Assembly: GCA_043826355.1 (NCBI GenBank) | Contig: JBDRQI010000005.1 | Location: 64,001-128,000, forward strand | Reading direction: 5' to 3' | From: Candidatus Omnitrophota bacterium | GTDB taxonomy: Bacteria; Ratteibacteria; UBA8468; MWAK01 | DNA length: 64,000 bases | In this document: piece by piece, positions 38,378-47,933 of the stretch | Layout: every line of letters starts with the position of its first letter | Position numbering within the stretch: the stretch's first letter is position 1 | Made by a program: the position numbers and the translations under genes | The notes under the pieces: model-generated | Told to the model about the DNA's origin: nothing | The model's input: only the letters and a program-made list of their open reading frames with translations | The model's database searches: none

Positions 38378-41095
38378 ATGAAAGAATTAAAATGGTATCA
38401 GCATTCAATAACGGAAGTTCTTTCGCATCTCCAGGTTACGGAAACGGGGCTTGCCGAACAGGAGGCGCAGGCAAGGCTGGCTGAACACGGGCCAAACCAG
38501 TTGGAAGCAAAAAAGAAGGAAAGCCGGCTTTTAATCTTCATCAAGCAATTCAAAAGTCCGCTTATATACATTCTGTTATTTGCCGCCTTGATATCGTTTT
38601 TTGTCGGTAAAACCGTCAACGCGCTGGTTATCCTTTTCGTTCTATTTTCCAACGCAATAATCGGTTTCATACAGGAATCAAAAGCCCGGAGCACCATGGA
38701 TTCCCTCAAGGAACTCTCTTCGCCAAAAGCCAGAGTAATGCGCGCGGGTGAAGAAACGGAGATACCCACCAAAGACATCGTGCCGGGAGATATCATCCTG
38801 GTGGAATCGGGAAGCAGGGTTCCTGCGGACGCGCGGATTATTGAGTCGGTAAGGCTCCAGATCGATGAAGCGGCGCTTACCGGAGAATCCCAGCCGGTCT
38901 ATAAAATCATTGATTCCATCAAACTGGAAACCACGGTTGCCGACCGGCTGAACATGCTCTTTGCCGGAACGGTTGTCGCCTCGGGCCGGGGCAAGGCGGT
39001 GGTCATCTCCACGGGCATGAATACGGAAATCGGCAAAATTGCCGGCATTATTCAATCGGAACCGGAGACCAGAACTCCGCTCCAGCGCCGCATGGAGGCT
39101 TTCGGCAAGGTTATCATCTTTATCGTCCTAGCGCAGGTAACCTTTGCATTTATCGTCGGATGGGTTCTGCGGGGTCTGCCGTTTTACGAGATATTCCTGG
39201 TTGTCTTAAGCCAGACGGTCTCTTCCATACCGGAAGGCCTGCCGGTGGCGGTAACGGTGGCCCTGGCGGTAGGCATGCAGAGAATGGCAAAAAAGAAGGC
39301 TTTTATCAGGAAACTGGCGGCGGTGGAAGGGTTGGGCAGCGCCACTATTATTTGCAGCGATAAAACCGGAACCCTTACGAAGAACGAGATGACTTCGCGG
39401 CGTCTGGCCACCATGAAGCAAACAATAGAAATAACCGGAGCCGGATACCGGCCTCAGGGTAAATTCTTATTAGACGGCAACGAAATAAACCCGCTTGAAA
39501 ATAAAGAAATAAACCTGCTTCTCAAAACAGCTTCTCTCTGCAATAATGCCCAGTGGAAGGAGAGGCCGGATGATGACGGCGGGGTAAAAAGTTCGGGAGA
39601 CCCGACGGAAATCGCTTATCTGGTAACGGCCGTTAAAGCCGGAATTAGCCCGGATAAACTTAATGAAGAATTTCCCAGAATCGATGAAATTCCTTTTGAG
39701 TCCCATATTCAGATGATGGCAACCAGGAATAGGTCGGGTGATAATAAAAATATGATCTCGGTCAAGGGCGCTCCGGAAAAGATTGCGGACCTTTGCGGGT
39801 ATTATCTTCAAGACGATAAAACAACGGAATTAACCGATTCTCTGCGCAAGGAAATATTATTACGTTCGGAGAAAATGGCCAAGGATGCGCTCCGGGTTTT
39901 AGCTTTCGGTTTCAGCGAAGAAGACAACGCGCCGGGCGGCGCATTTGACTGGGATTCTTTAAAAAGAAAAATTGTTTTCGCGGGCTTAATCGGCAATATT
40001 GACCCGCCGCGGCCGGAAGCCAGAGAAGCGATAAAAATATGCAAAAACGCAGGTATTAAAATAGCGATGATTACCGGAGACCATCTCTCCACGGCCGAAG
40101 CGGTGGCGGTTGAATTGGGCATAATGGAAAAGGGCGACGAAGGCATTGCCGGTGACCTATTAGACAATATGACCGAAAAAGAATTAGAAGAGGTGGTGAC
40201 AAATTTCACGGTCTTCGCCCGAATCGAGCCGAAACACAAATACCTGATAGTCAAGGCCCTGCAGAAACACGAAGTGGTGGCCATGACCGGCGACGGGGTA
40301 AACGACGCGCCGGCTTTGGCGGCGGCCGATATCGGGGTGGCCATGGGGATAACCGGCACCGACGTGGCCAAGGAATCGAGCAGTATGGTTATCGCCGACG
40401 ATAATTTTGCCACTATCGTGGATGCGGTTGAAGAAGGCCGGGGCATAACCGCCAACATGCGCAAAACCATCCTGTATCTTCTCTGTTCCAGCAGCACCGA
40501 AATTTTAGTCCTGCTGACCACCCTGGCCATCGGGGTGCCTTTACCGTTATTTGCCCTGCAGATTTTATGGATAAACCTCGTTACCGACGGCGCCCTTACG
40601 GTTAACTTGATTATGGAGCCGAAAGAGGAGGTAATGAACCATCCGCCGGATAAGAAAAATGAACTTTTGCTGAACAAGAGGTTGATGGGGCTGCTGATTT
40701 TCCGCGCTTCCATTATGGCGGCGGGAATAATCGGACTCTTTATTTACGAGTTGACCAGGGGTATGCCTTTAATCTATTGCCGCAGCGTTGCCTTTACGAC
40801 GCTGGCGGTTACCCAATGGCTGAACGGAATCAACTGCCGTTCCACTACAAAATCTATCTTTAAAATGCCGTTTTTAGGCAATAAGTACTTGATTGCCGGC
40901 CTGACGGCGGCAATAATCTTACAGATATCGGTTATTTATATTCCTTTTCTGCAGAATATCTTTTCTACGGTTACGCTTGATTCAACGGACTGGATTAAAA
41001 TCTTACTGGTGGGCAGCGGCGTATTCTGGCTGGAAGAGGTGCGGAAATTCATCGCCGGCCGCCGCCTTTCCGGCGCAAACGAAAATTTAAGATAA
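38378..41095 (+). CDS. P-type cation-transporting ATPase (type IIA, Ca2+-like)
   Basis: LTGES, IPEGL, DKTGTLT, KGAPE, TGDGVNDAP, ILWINLVTD. Confidence 0.94.
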   Translation: MKELKWYQHSITEVLSHLQVTETGLAEQEAQARLAEHGPNQLEAKKKESRLLIFIKQFKSPLIYILLFAALISFFVGKTVNALVILFVLFSNAIIGFIQESKARSTMDSLKELSSPKARVMRAGEETEIPTKDIVPGDIILVESGSRVPADARIIESVRLQIDEAALTGESQPVYKIIDSIKLETTVADRLNMLFAGTVVASGRGKAVVISTGMNTEIGKIAGIIQSEPETRTPLQRRMEAFGKVIIFIVLAQVTFAFIVGWVLRGLPFYEIFLVVLSQTVSSIPEGLPVAVTVALAVGMQRMAKKKAFIRKLAAVEGLGSATIICSDKTGTLTKNEMTSRRLATMKQTIEITGAGYRPQGKFLLDGNEINPLENKEINLLLKTASLCNNAQWKERPDDDGGVKSSGDPTEIAYLVTAVKAGISPDKLNEEFPRIDEIPFESHIQMMATRNRSGDNKNMISVKGAPEKIADLCGYYLQDDKTTELTDSLRKEILLRSEKMAKDALRVLAFGFSEEDNAPGGAFDWDSLKRKIVFAGLIGNIDPPRPEAREAIKICKNAGIKIAMITGDHLSTAEAVAVELGIMEKGDEGIAGDLLDNMTEKELEEVVTNFTVFARIEPKHKYLIVKALQKHEVVAMTGDGVNDAPALAAADIGVAMGITGTDVAKESSSMVIADDNFATIVDAVEEGRGITANMRKTILYLLCSSSTEILVLLTTLAIGVPLPLFALQILWINLVTDGALTVNLIMEPKEEVMNHPPDKKNELLLNKRLMGLLIFRASIMAAGIIGLFIYELTRGMPLIYCRSVAFTTLAVTQWLNGINCRSTTKSIFKMPFLGNKYLIAGLTAAIILQISVIYIPFLQNIFSTVTLDSTDWIKILLVGSGVFWLEEVRKFIAGRRLSGANENLR

Positions 41096-41109
41096 ACCGA
41101 ATAACATAA

Positions 41110-41595
41110 TTATCGTTTCGGTTGACCGCCGCTTGCTCTACGGAAAAACTGCCTGAGTGCAAAAGCAAGTATCGCTAAAAGGGCTAATTCCGACGAAAGT
41201 TTTAATCTGCTCCGGTCAAGAATTTCGTCAACGGCATTACCGGACCTGATAATCTCTATGCGGGAGGCGTGAATTCCGGTCTGCCCGTAATGGACAGGGC
41301 AGGCGTCGTAAAAGGTCCCAGTTACCCTCACCCTGTCTCCGACAATCTTGTAACGGCCCAGGTGTTTAATCTGGTCTAAATATTCGCTGGGGGCGTAAAC
41401 GCCGATGGCGCTATTGCCGTCGTTCAGGTTAACCCAGCCGTATTCCCCCCTCAACATTAAATCGCCAATCGCTTCCCCTTCGGTCACTATTACCCTGCCG
41501 TCATAAAAACGGCTCTGGGTAATAAGGTCGGAGATGGAGACGGGCGCAGGCGCAATAATGTTACCGCCGAGCGTTAAAAACCAAAGTATCAACAT
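41110..41595 (-). CDS. Exported OB-fold protein with C-terminal TM
   Basis: GEAIGD...WVNLNDG..AIGV, GDRVRVTG, CPVH. Confidence 0.65.
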   Translation of the reverse strand: MLILWFLTLGGNIIAPAPVSISDLITQSRFYDGRVIVTEGEAIGDLMLRGEYGWVNLNDGNSAIGVYAPSEYLDQIKHLGRYKIVGDRVRVTGTFYDACPVHYGQTGIHASRIEIIRSGNAVDEILDRSRLKLSSELALLAILAFALRQFFRRASGGQPKR

Positions 41596-41610
41596 AGTTT
41601 TGTAAAACGG

Positions 41611-41677
41611 GATCCTTCACTTAGTTCAGGATGACAAACTCAACAAGGTGTCATTCTGAGTGTAAGCGAAGAATCTC
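41611..41677. repeat. Inverted dimer of GTCAT(T/C)CTGA-family palindromes
   Basis: GATCCTTCAC..TTCAGGATGAC facing GTCATTCTGAG..CGAAGAATCTC. Confidence 0.7.
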
Positions 41678-41693
41678 GTCTCTTTTAATCGCA

Positions 41694-43193
41694 TTACCTG
41701 CCTTTAGCCCAGGAAAAGAGAAATCCGAAAAGTCCGAAGAGGGCCATAAATTCAAAGCGGCCTATCCACATCTGTATCATATAAGTTATCTTTAAAGCGG
41801 CCGGCATCGTCGTGGCGGTAATGCCGACGCTCTGGCCGACGTTGGCGGCCGCTGAGACCGATTCAAAGAGTGCGGGCAAAAACTGGTATCCGCAGAAAAC
41901 GCCGACCAGGGAACCCAGCAAGTAGAGAAAAAGATAGGCCAGGAATACCAGGCCGGCGGCCGCAATCTGGTTATCTTCCAGGACCGTATCCCGGAAGTGA
42001 TGAATCTTTTCAATCACTATCCCCTGTTCCGGCATCAGGAGCATCTTCATCTGGCGCCAGAAACCTTTAAAAATAATTCCGATACGCAGGGCCTTGATGG
42101 CGCCGGCCGTGGAACAGGCACAGCCGCCGATTGCCATCGCCATAATGATACCCAGCAGCGCCAACTCGTTCCAACGGGATAATTGGCTGGAAGTCACGGT
42201 CATAAAACCGACGCCGGCGTGGCCGGAAATCACCTGGTAGAACCCGACCCGCAAAACAGACGGCAGGCTTGCAAAGAACGGCAGCCGGACCAGACCCAGC
42301 AGGGTTATGAATAAAGTAATAATGATGGTGGAAACGTAGGTCCGGGTCTCAATGTCCCGCCACAACTCGCGGCGCCGGCCGTTCCAGACAAGATAGTGCA
42401 GGCCAAAGTTGATGGAACCCAGGAAGAAGATTATGAAGGTCGTTATTTCGTAAAATACGCTGTGGTAATAGAGAATGGATTGACTCTGCGGGGTGAAACC
42501 GCCGGTATCCCAGCCGGCCATAAAGATGCATACCGCGTGAAAAATAGAGCGGCCCGGACCGATGCCCAGTCGTAAGCCGATGATTGTCAAGATCGCGCCT
42601 CCCAATAAAAAATAGACCAGGGTAACTAACCAGATGAACCGGGCGGTGGAAATGACGTTGGGAAGTATCTTCTCTTCCCTGGCTTCGCCCAAATACAGGG
42701 AAAAAGCGCCGCTGACCCCCCTGATGAAAAAGGCGAGCGCGATGATGACCACGCCCTGCCCGCCGATAAATTGGGTAACGTGGCGCCAGAGGTTGTAACT
42801 GTGGGCAAGATGGTCAAGGTCCTGGGTCAAAGAGAGGCCGGTAGTGGTAAACCCGCTCATCATTTCAAAAAGGCTGTCCAGGAACGAGACATAGTGGCCG
42901 GAAAGGAAGAGCGGAATCGCCGAGAGCGCCATTGCCAAAAACCAGGAGATGCCGGCGATTAAAACCCCGTTAACCAGAGAAAGGTCTGTCTTCTTTGGCC
43001 GGAAAAAGGTTAGCAGGCAGCCCAGGGACAGAGAAATGCTGATGCCGGATATAAAATCGAGCGCCGGGTTCAATTCCCAAAAGAGAAACGCGGTGAATAA
43101 GGGCGCCAGCATCGTAATCCCCAGACCCGCGGAAATTTTGCCCAGGTAATAACCGATTACCTTAAAATCTTCTTTTTGCGGTTTCAAAAACAT
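41694..43193 (-). CDS. trkH: Trk potassium uptake membrane protein
   Basis: FEMMSGFTTTG, GGQG, TGGF, GGCACSTAG, FESVSA. Confidence 0.92.
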   Translation of the reverse strand: MFLKPQKEDFKVIGYYLGKISAGLGITMLAPLFTAFLFWELNPALDFISGISISLSLGCLLTFFRPKKTDLSLVNGVLIAGISWFLAMALSAIPLFLSGHYVSFLDSLFEMMSGFTTTGLSLTQDLDHLAHSYNLWRHVTQFIGGQGVVIIALAFFIRGVSGAFSLYLGEAREEKILPNVISTARFIWLVTLVYFLLGGAILTIIGLRLGIGPGRSIFHAVCIFMAGWDTGGFTPQSQSILYYHSVFYEITTFIIFFLGSINFGLHYLVWNGRRRELWRDIETRTYVSTIIITLFITLLGLVRLPFFASLPSVLRVGFYQVISGHAGVGFMTVTSSQLSRWNELALLGIIMAMAIGGCACSTAGAIKALRIGIIFKGFWRQMKMLLMPEQGIVIEKIHHFRDTVLEDNQIAAAGLVFLAYLFLYLLGSLVGVFCGYQFLPALFESVSAAANVGQSVGITATTMPAALKITYMIQMWIGRFEFMALFGLFGFLFSWAKGR

Positions 43194-43197
43194 AAAG

Positions 43198-43368
43198 TCA
43201 TTTAAATTTTATCCAGTTTCCAAAAAGGGTGGCTAAAGCGATAATCAGGATAAATCCCAGGAGAAGAGCAATCGGCAGCAGCAGAGAATAACCGATGCCC
43301 AGAAGTCCGTTTCGAAAAGAAAGAATGAAGTTGCGAATATGACGCGGAAATGCAACCAGAGGTTTCAT
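43198..43368 (-). CDS. Small membrane protein (56 aa)
   Basis: Manual translation MKPLVAFPRHIRNFILSFRNGLLGIGYSLLLPIALLLGFILIIALATLFGNWIKFK; fills the trkA-trkH gap. Confidence 0.6.
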   Translation of the reverse strand: MKPLVAFPRHIRNFILSFRNGLLGIGYSLLLPIALLLGFILIIALATLFGNWIKFK

Positions 43369-43373
43369 AAATT

Positions 43374-44036
43374 TTAAATTTCAGGCAGGAAAATCTGCAA
43401 AACCGCGTTCTCCTCACCGATTCGCGTCAAAGCCACGATTTCGTCCTGGGGTTTGAAAACGGTGTCTCCGTGCGGAATGAAAACACCGTCTCCCCGCACA
43501 ATGGCCACCAACACCGACTCTACCGGCAGGATAACTTCGGAAACCTTTTTGGAAATTATCGGAGACTCGGCCGGAAGGTCAAACCGGACCAGCGCTAATT
43601 TTCCCTTGCGAAAGGTCACCAGGTTTACGAAATCGGAAAGAGATACTTCTTCTTCAATGACGCGCGCCAGGATGCCGGTGCTGTCAATCGGCACATCCAC
43701 GCCTAATTCATTGAAGATGTGCTCATTGCGGCTGTCGTTCACCCGGGCTACGGTCCGGTCAATATGGAAAACCTCCTTGGCTAACTGACAGATAACCAGG
43801 TTATCCTCGTCGCTGCCGGTAACCGCGGCCAGAACATCGGCGCGCTCAATGCCGGCCGCTTGCAGGGTGGAAATTTCACATCCGTCGCCGTTCACAACCA
43901 GGATATCAAGCTCCTGGCCGATACGGTCGCACACGGCGCGGTCTTTCTCCACCAGGGCAATCATGTGCTTATCCCCGAAGAGGCGGTGCGCAAGATAATG
44001 CCCTACGTTTCCGGCGCCGACAATAATTACGTACAT
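43374..44036 (-). CDS. trkA: TrkA family protein (RCK N+C)
   Basis: GAGNVG, GDG, AVTGSDEDN, C-terminal TrkA-C. Confidence 0.9.
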   Translation of the reverse strand: MYVIIVGAGNVGHYLAHRLFGDKHMIALVEKDRAVCDRIGQELDILVVNGDGCEISTLQAAGIERADVLAAVTGSDEDNLVICQLAKEVFHIDRTVARVNDSRNEHIFNELGVDVPIDSTGILARVIEEEVSLSDFVNLVTFRKGKLALVRFDLPAESPIISKKVSEVILPVESVLVAIVRGDGVFIPHGDTVFKPQDEIVALTRIGEENAVLQIFLPEI

Positions 44037-44039
44037 ATT

Positions 44040-44444
44040 TTATCCTTTCGTAAAGACCTTTTTTTTGAGAGCATCCACCACCAATTGGGTTTCGCTGATG
44101 ATATCCACGCCCATCTTCTGGTAAGTTGCCGCCCGGGCCGGGTCGTAAATCCGGGCAAAGACCTTCTCCAGATTAAATAACTTCCTGGCAACCTGGGCGC
44201 AGACAATATTGGCGTTATCGCTGTCGGTAACCGCCAGGAGGACGTCAGCGCGGCCAATACCGGCCTCTTTAAGAACCTCCGGTGCAAAACCGTTTCCGAC
44301 TATCGTAATACCGGAAAAAGACCGGCCCAGTTCTTTCAGATTTTCCCGGCTCCGGTCAACCACCACTACGTTGTGACCTTCGCTTTCCAGCAATTGAGCG
44401 ATTGTAACTCCCACCCGGCTGCATCCCACGACAATAATATACAT
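44040..44444 (-). CDS. trkA: TrkA-N-only protein
   Basis: GCSRVG, AVTDSDNAN, ARIYDP. Confidence 0.85.
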   Translation of the reverse strand: MYIIVVGCSRVGVTIAQLLESEGHNVVVVDRSRENLKELGRSFSGITIVGNGFAPEVLKEAGIGRADVLLAVTDSDNANIVCAQVARKLFNLEKVFARIYDPARAATYQKMGVDIISETQLVVDALKKKVFTKG

Positions 44445-44454
44445 AATTATTTTC

Positions 44455-44485
44455 TGTCATTCCCGCATGCATTAAGCGGGAATCT
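44455..44485. repeat. GTCATTCCCGC..GCGGGAATCT palindrome
   Basis: Same family as 19024, 16257 and 36538. Confidence 0.75.
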
Positions 44486-44495
44486 CTAATTTAGG

Positions 44496-44888
44496 CTATT
44501 TTATCATTAAATACCTTTTCATCCCTTCCAGTTTCTTCGAACCGACCCCCTTAACTTTCAACAGGTCTTCCACCTGCAAAAATTGCTCGCCGGCCCTGTA
44601 TTCTATTATTCTCCCGGCCAGTTCCGGACCGATGCCCGGTAAAACATCCAGCTCTTCCGGGGAGGCGGTGTTCGGGTCAATCCGGGCCCGAACTAAACGT
44701 GTTTTTAAATCATTTCTTTCTGCCGCTGCTGCTACCCGATGAGCCTGCTCCAGGGTCTGGCTATCTGAAGCGCGATAATGATAACTCACCTCCGCGGTTT
44801 TTTTGTATAGAGCCACCGCCTGACTGAGCAAAACACTTCCCACTACAAAAAGAATACCGAACCGTTCCGTCTTTGTCAGCGATATCAC
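44496..44888 (-). CDS. comEA: ComEA-like helix-hairpin-helix DNA-binding protein
   Basis: IDPNTAS.EEL..LPGIGP.LA.RII.YR, VKGVG; likely GTG start. Confidence 0.85.
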   Translation of the reverse strand: MISLTKTERFGILFVVGSVLLSQAVALYKKTAEVSYHYRASDSQTLEQAHRVAAAAERNDLKTRLVRARIDPNTASPEELDVLPGIGPELAGRIIEYRAGEQFLQVEDLLKVKGVGSKKLEGMKRYLMIK

Positions 44889-44914
44889 GTTTTTTTGTTT
44901 TTGACTAAAGCGAA

Positions 44915-45080
44915 GGTGTTTGGTTAAGCAAAACTTCACGGAGTGACAAAAATAAAACAAGCAAAACGAGGGAATGAGTATCCGGGGCGCGCCTTGTTTT
45001 ACAGGCAAGGACACGGAGAACCTCGTTCCCGAGTTGCGTAGTTTTATCTGTCACGTAGGGCGTTTTGCGAACCAAACACC
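44915..45080. repeat. 166-nt imperfect rod-like inverted repeat (MITE/REPIN-like or structured RNA)
   Basis: GGTGTTTGGTT/AACCAAACACC, GCAAAAC/GTTTTGC, GTGACA/TGTCAC, ATAAAAC/GTTTTAT pair in order. Confidence 0.7.
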
Positions 45081-45084
45081 CGAG

Positions 45085-45158
<74 letters not shown>

Positions 45159-45171
45159 AACCTCCTGCTTT

Positions 45172-45666
45172 CTAAAATCTTTCCCAGTGCAAAACTTCGG
45201 AAAGCGGCCTCTTGGCCGGGTTGGGTAAATCCCCTTTCGGATAACCAATGGCAATCAGGCTGATTAATTTATAACCGCTGGGCACGCTCAGGAAACTTAA
45301 AACCTTATCCGCGTATGGTTTTTTATCCCCGGCAACCCAACAGGAGCCCAGACCCAGTTCCGTGGCGGCCAGCAGGATATTTTCGGTTGCAGCCGAACCA
45401 TCCTCCAAGTAATATTTGGTCTCTTTGGCGACCACCGCAATACAGGCGCCGGCATCCTTGATAAACTTTCCGTGGTCGGTAATATCAGCCAGTTCTTTCC
45501 TTCTTGCCGGGTCAACAATGACGATAAATTCCCAGGGTTGGATATTGATGGCCGTTGCCGCCAGCCTCCCGGCATCAACAATCTTTTCCAGCAGATTCCT
45601 GGCTACCGGGTCCGGACGATAGTTCCGTACGCTTCTCCGTTTTTCGATTAACTCCAACCCGTTCAT
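45172..45666 (-). CDS. Nitroreductase family protein
   Basis: RRSVRNY, NIQPWEF, ENILLAA..LGLGSCW, IAIGYP. Confidence 0.92.
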   Translation of the reverse strand: MNGLELIEKRRSVRNYRPDPVARNLLEKIVDAGRLAATAINIQPWEFIVIVDPARRKELADITDHGKFIKDAGACIAVVAKETKYYLEDGSAATENILLAATELGLGSCWVAGDKKPYADKVLSFLSVPSGYKLISLIAIGYPKGDLPNPAKRPLSEVLHWERF

Positions 45667-45772
45667 TTTTTGCCTTTAAGAGTTTAAAATAATAATTTTA
45701 TCCTTTTTCGGGTGATTTGGCAAGAAACAACACCGTGTTGTATAATTTAAAGTTAAAGATACGGAGGAACTT

Positions 45773-46270
45773 ATGGTTTTAAAAGGAAGGGCGCATATTC
45801 TTGGCGATGACATCAACACCGATTATATCATATCCGGAAGATACAAGTTTAAGACACTGGATAAGAAAGAACTGGCCAGCCATCTTCTTGAAGATTTAGA
45901 CCCGGAATTCGTAAAAAAAATTGCCCCGGGAGATATCATTATAGCCGGTAAAAATTTTGGGTGCGGAAGCAGCCGAGAACAGGCACCGCTAGCAATCCAA
46001 TATGCCGGTGTCGCCGCCGTCTGCGCGCAAACTTTTGCCCGGATCTTTTTCCGGAACAGCATTAACGTTGGCCTACCACTAATTGAATGCGATACTTCCG
46101 GAATCGAGGAAGGCGACAAAATCGAACTCAATTTCGGCGGAGGTAAACTGGTCAACATCACCCAAAAAACAACCATTTGCTTTAAACCTCTCCCGAAAAT
46201 AATGCTTTCCATACTTTCCGAGGGAGGCCTGGTTCCCTATTTCCAGAAAAACCGTCAATTTCAACTCTAG
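45773..46270 (+). CDS. leuD: 3-isopropylmalate/homoaconitate dehydratase small subunit
   Basis: DDINTDYI, NFGCGSSREQA, FARIFFRN; substrate specificity uncertain. Confidence 0.85.
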   Translation: MVLKGRAHILGDDINTDYIISGRYKFKTLDKKELASHLLEDLDPEFVKKIAPGDIIIAGKNFGCGSSREQAPLAIQYAGVAAVCAQTFARIFFRNSINVGLPLIECDTSGIEEGDKIELNFGGGKLVNITQKTTICFKPLPKIMLSILSEGGLVPYFQKNRQFQL

Positions 46271-46276
46271 AATATT

Positions 46277-46351
46277 TCCGGCGTAGCGCAACGGTAGCGC
46301 GGCTGGCTGTTAACCAGTAGGTTGTAGGTTCGAATCCTACCGCCGGAGCCA
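46277..46351 (+). tRNA. tRNA-Asn(GUU)
   Basis: TCCGGCG acceptor stem, anticodon loop CTGTTAA, GGTTCGAATCC, ends GCCA. Confidence 0.96.
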
Positions 46352-46745
46352 CGTAAAATCCGCCTTCGGCGGATCACGTGGTCCCGTGATGATTCGCAGA
46401 ATCATTTTACGGGACAATATATCAATTACAAGTATGTATTATGTTTATATTCTGCGTAGCCTGAAAGATAACCGGTTTTACACCGGTTACACGGAAAACA
46501 TCCAAAGAAGATTCAAGGAACACAATGCAGGTCAAGAAAAATCCACCAAATATCGCCTGCCTTTTGTCTTGGTCTATTTTGAAGCCTACACAGATAAACG
46601 GGATGCTCTCGGTAGAGAGGAATTCCTGAAAAGCGGTTCAGGTAAGAGATATTTGAAAAAACAACTCAAGAATTATCTGACTGAAAACGATGGGCTGAAT
46701 TTAATATAGTGAAAACCGAGCGGTACCGAATCCTACCTCCGGAGC
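46331..46745 (+). mobile_element. Mini-element carrying GIY-YIG gene between tRNA-Asn 3'-end direct repeats
   Basis: CGAATCCTACCGCCGGAGC (46331-46349) vs CGAATCCTACCTCCGGAGC (46727-46745), 18/19. Confidence 0.75.
46434..46709 (+). CDS. GIY-YIG nuclease family protein (standalone)
   Basis: MYYVYILRS...FYTGYT..RRFKEHN.G...T..RLPF.LVY.E...A..RE.FLKSG.G. Confidence 0.9.
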   Translation: MYYVYILRSLKDNRFYTGYTENIQRRFKEHNAGQEKSTKYRLPFVLVYFEAYTDKRDALGREEFLKSGSGKRYLKKQLKNYLTENDGLNLI

Positions 46746-47771
46746 AAGCCCAATAACCGCACTATTCCTACGTTTATGATTGTACCCTGGTAGGACGTTC
46801 GAACCTTTTTCTAAAAACCCAAACTAAAATAGACCTATCCCAATTTTAAAATTGACTTTTCTTTGCGTAAGTAATAGAGTATCTATTATAAATAGAGGTG
46901 TAAAATGTTTAAAAAAACAGGATTCACCCTTATCGAACTCCTCGTCGTAATGGCAATTATATCAATTCTTGCCGCAATGCTACTGCCGGCTTTAAGTAGC
47001 GCCAGGGAAAGTGCAAGACGAGTAAATTGTATTTTGGTAATTTGAAACAAATCGGCTTGGCGGTAGCGATGCGCGGACAAGATGGCGTGGACTCACCTTC
47101 AAACCCTTTTGATTTTGCGACACCGTTTATAAGAATCGGCGCAGACCAATATACAGGACTTGGCCGTTTATATCCAAACCGTACCAGCAATATAAGAATA
47201 TTCAGCTGTCCTGGAAGTACCAAAGCAAAACCCGATGATGTTCAAAAAGCGCTTGATGGAACCGGAGATGTGGTTGGAAACTATAATTATCGAATAAAAA
47301 CCGGTGGAACTACGCCACTTCCTACATTAGTTATTGCGATGAGTTATAATTGTAAAAGCCAAAACAGATATGACCATACGGGAAAATGGGTATCCCTGTT
47401 ATATTATGACGGAAGCGCGAGAGGCGTAAATAATTCTGACGGAAAATTGACAAACTTATCCGATACAGATGAGGAGTTTGAAAGAACTTTTTTAGAGGCG
47501 GGTACAAAGTAAAATGTCAATATTATGCGTTCAATCTATATTCCCTGTGTCGCCGAAACTATCAAAAACAGAGATACAGTGAGTGGCACGGTAGGATAAA
47601 CTTTTACAATTAAGCCAAGCTGGCTTGCAGCGCCAAATCTGGTATGTAAATCGCCTCGTTTGACCGTTGAAGTATGGTTCTAACGTTGTCCACGATGCGG
47701 AGCTTTTAAGCCCAAGAACCGCACTATTACTACGTTTCTTATTGTACCCCAGGTAAGATGTTCGAACCTTT
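46746..47771 (+). repeat. About 63-bp imperfect direct repeats (46746-46808 and 47708-47771)
   Basis: AAGCCCAA.AACCGCACTATT.CTACGTTT..ATTGTACCC..GGTA.GA.GTTCGAACCTTT in both. Confidence 0.85.
46904..47512 (+). pseudogene. Prepilin-type (DUF1559-like) gene with frameshift near 47030
   Basis: [19 protein letters not shown]...RRVNC stops; NLKQIG...FSCPGS...HTGKWVSLLYYDG continues in another frame. Confidence 0.85.
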
Positions 47772-47933
47772 CTGCCTTTCTGTTAAAAATTACCTTATGG
47801 CGGTTAAACCGGGTCAAGTTCTACCCTCAAACAGTACGGTTTTCGGAGAGAAGATCAAAAATACTCCCATAAATTACTTTGGCGAGACTTTTAAAAAAAA
47901 TAAAAATAATTTATAATTAACATACACAACTAT

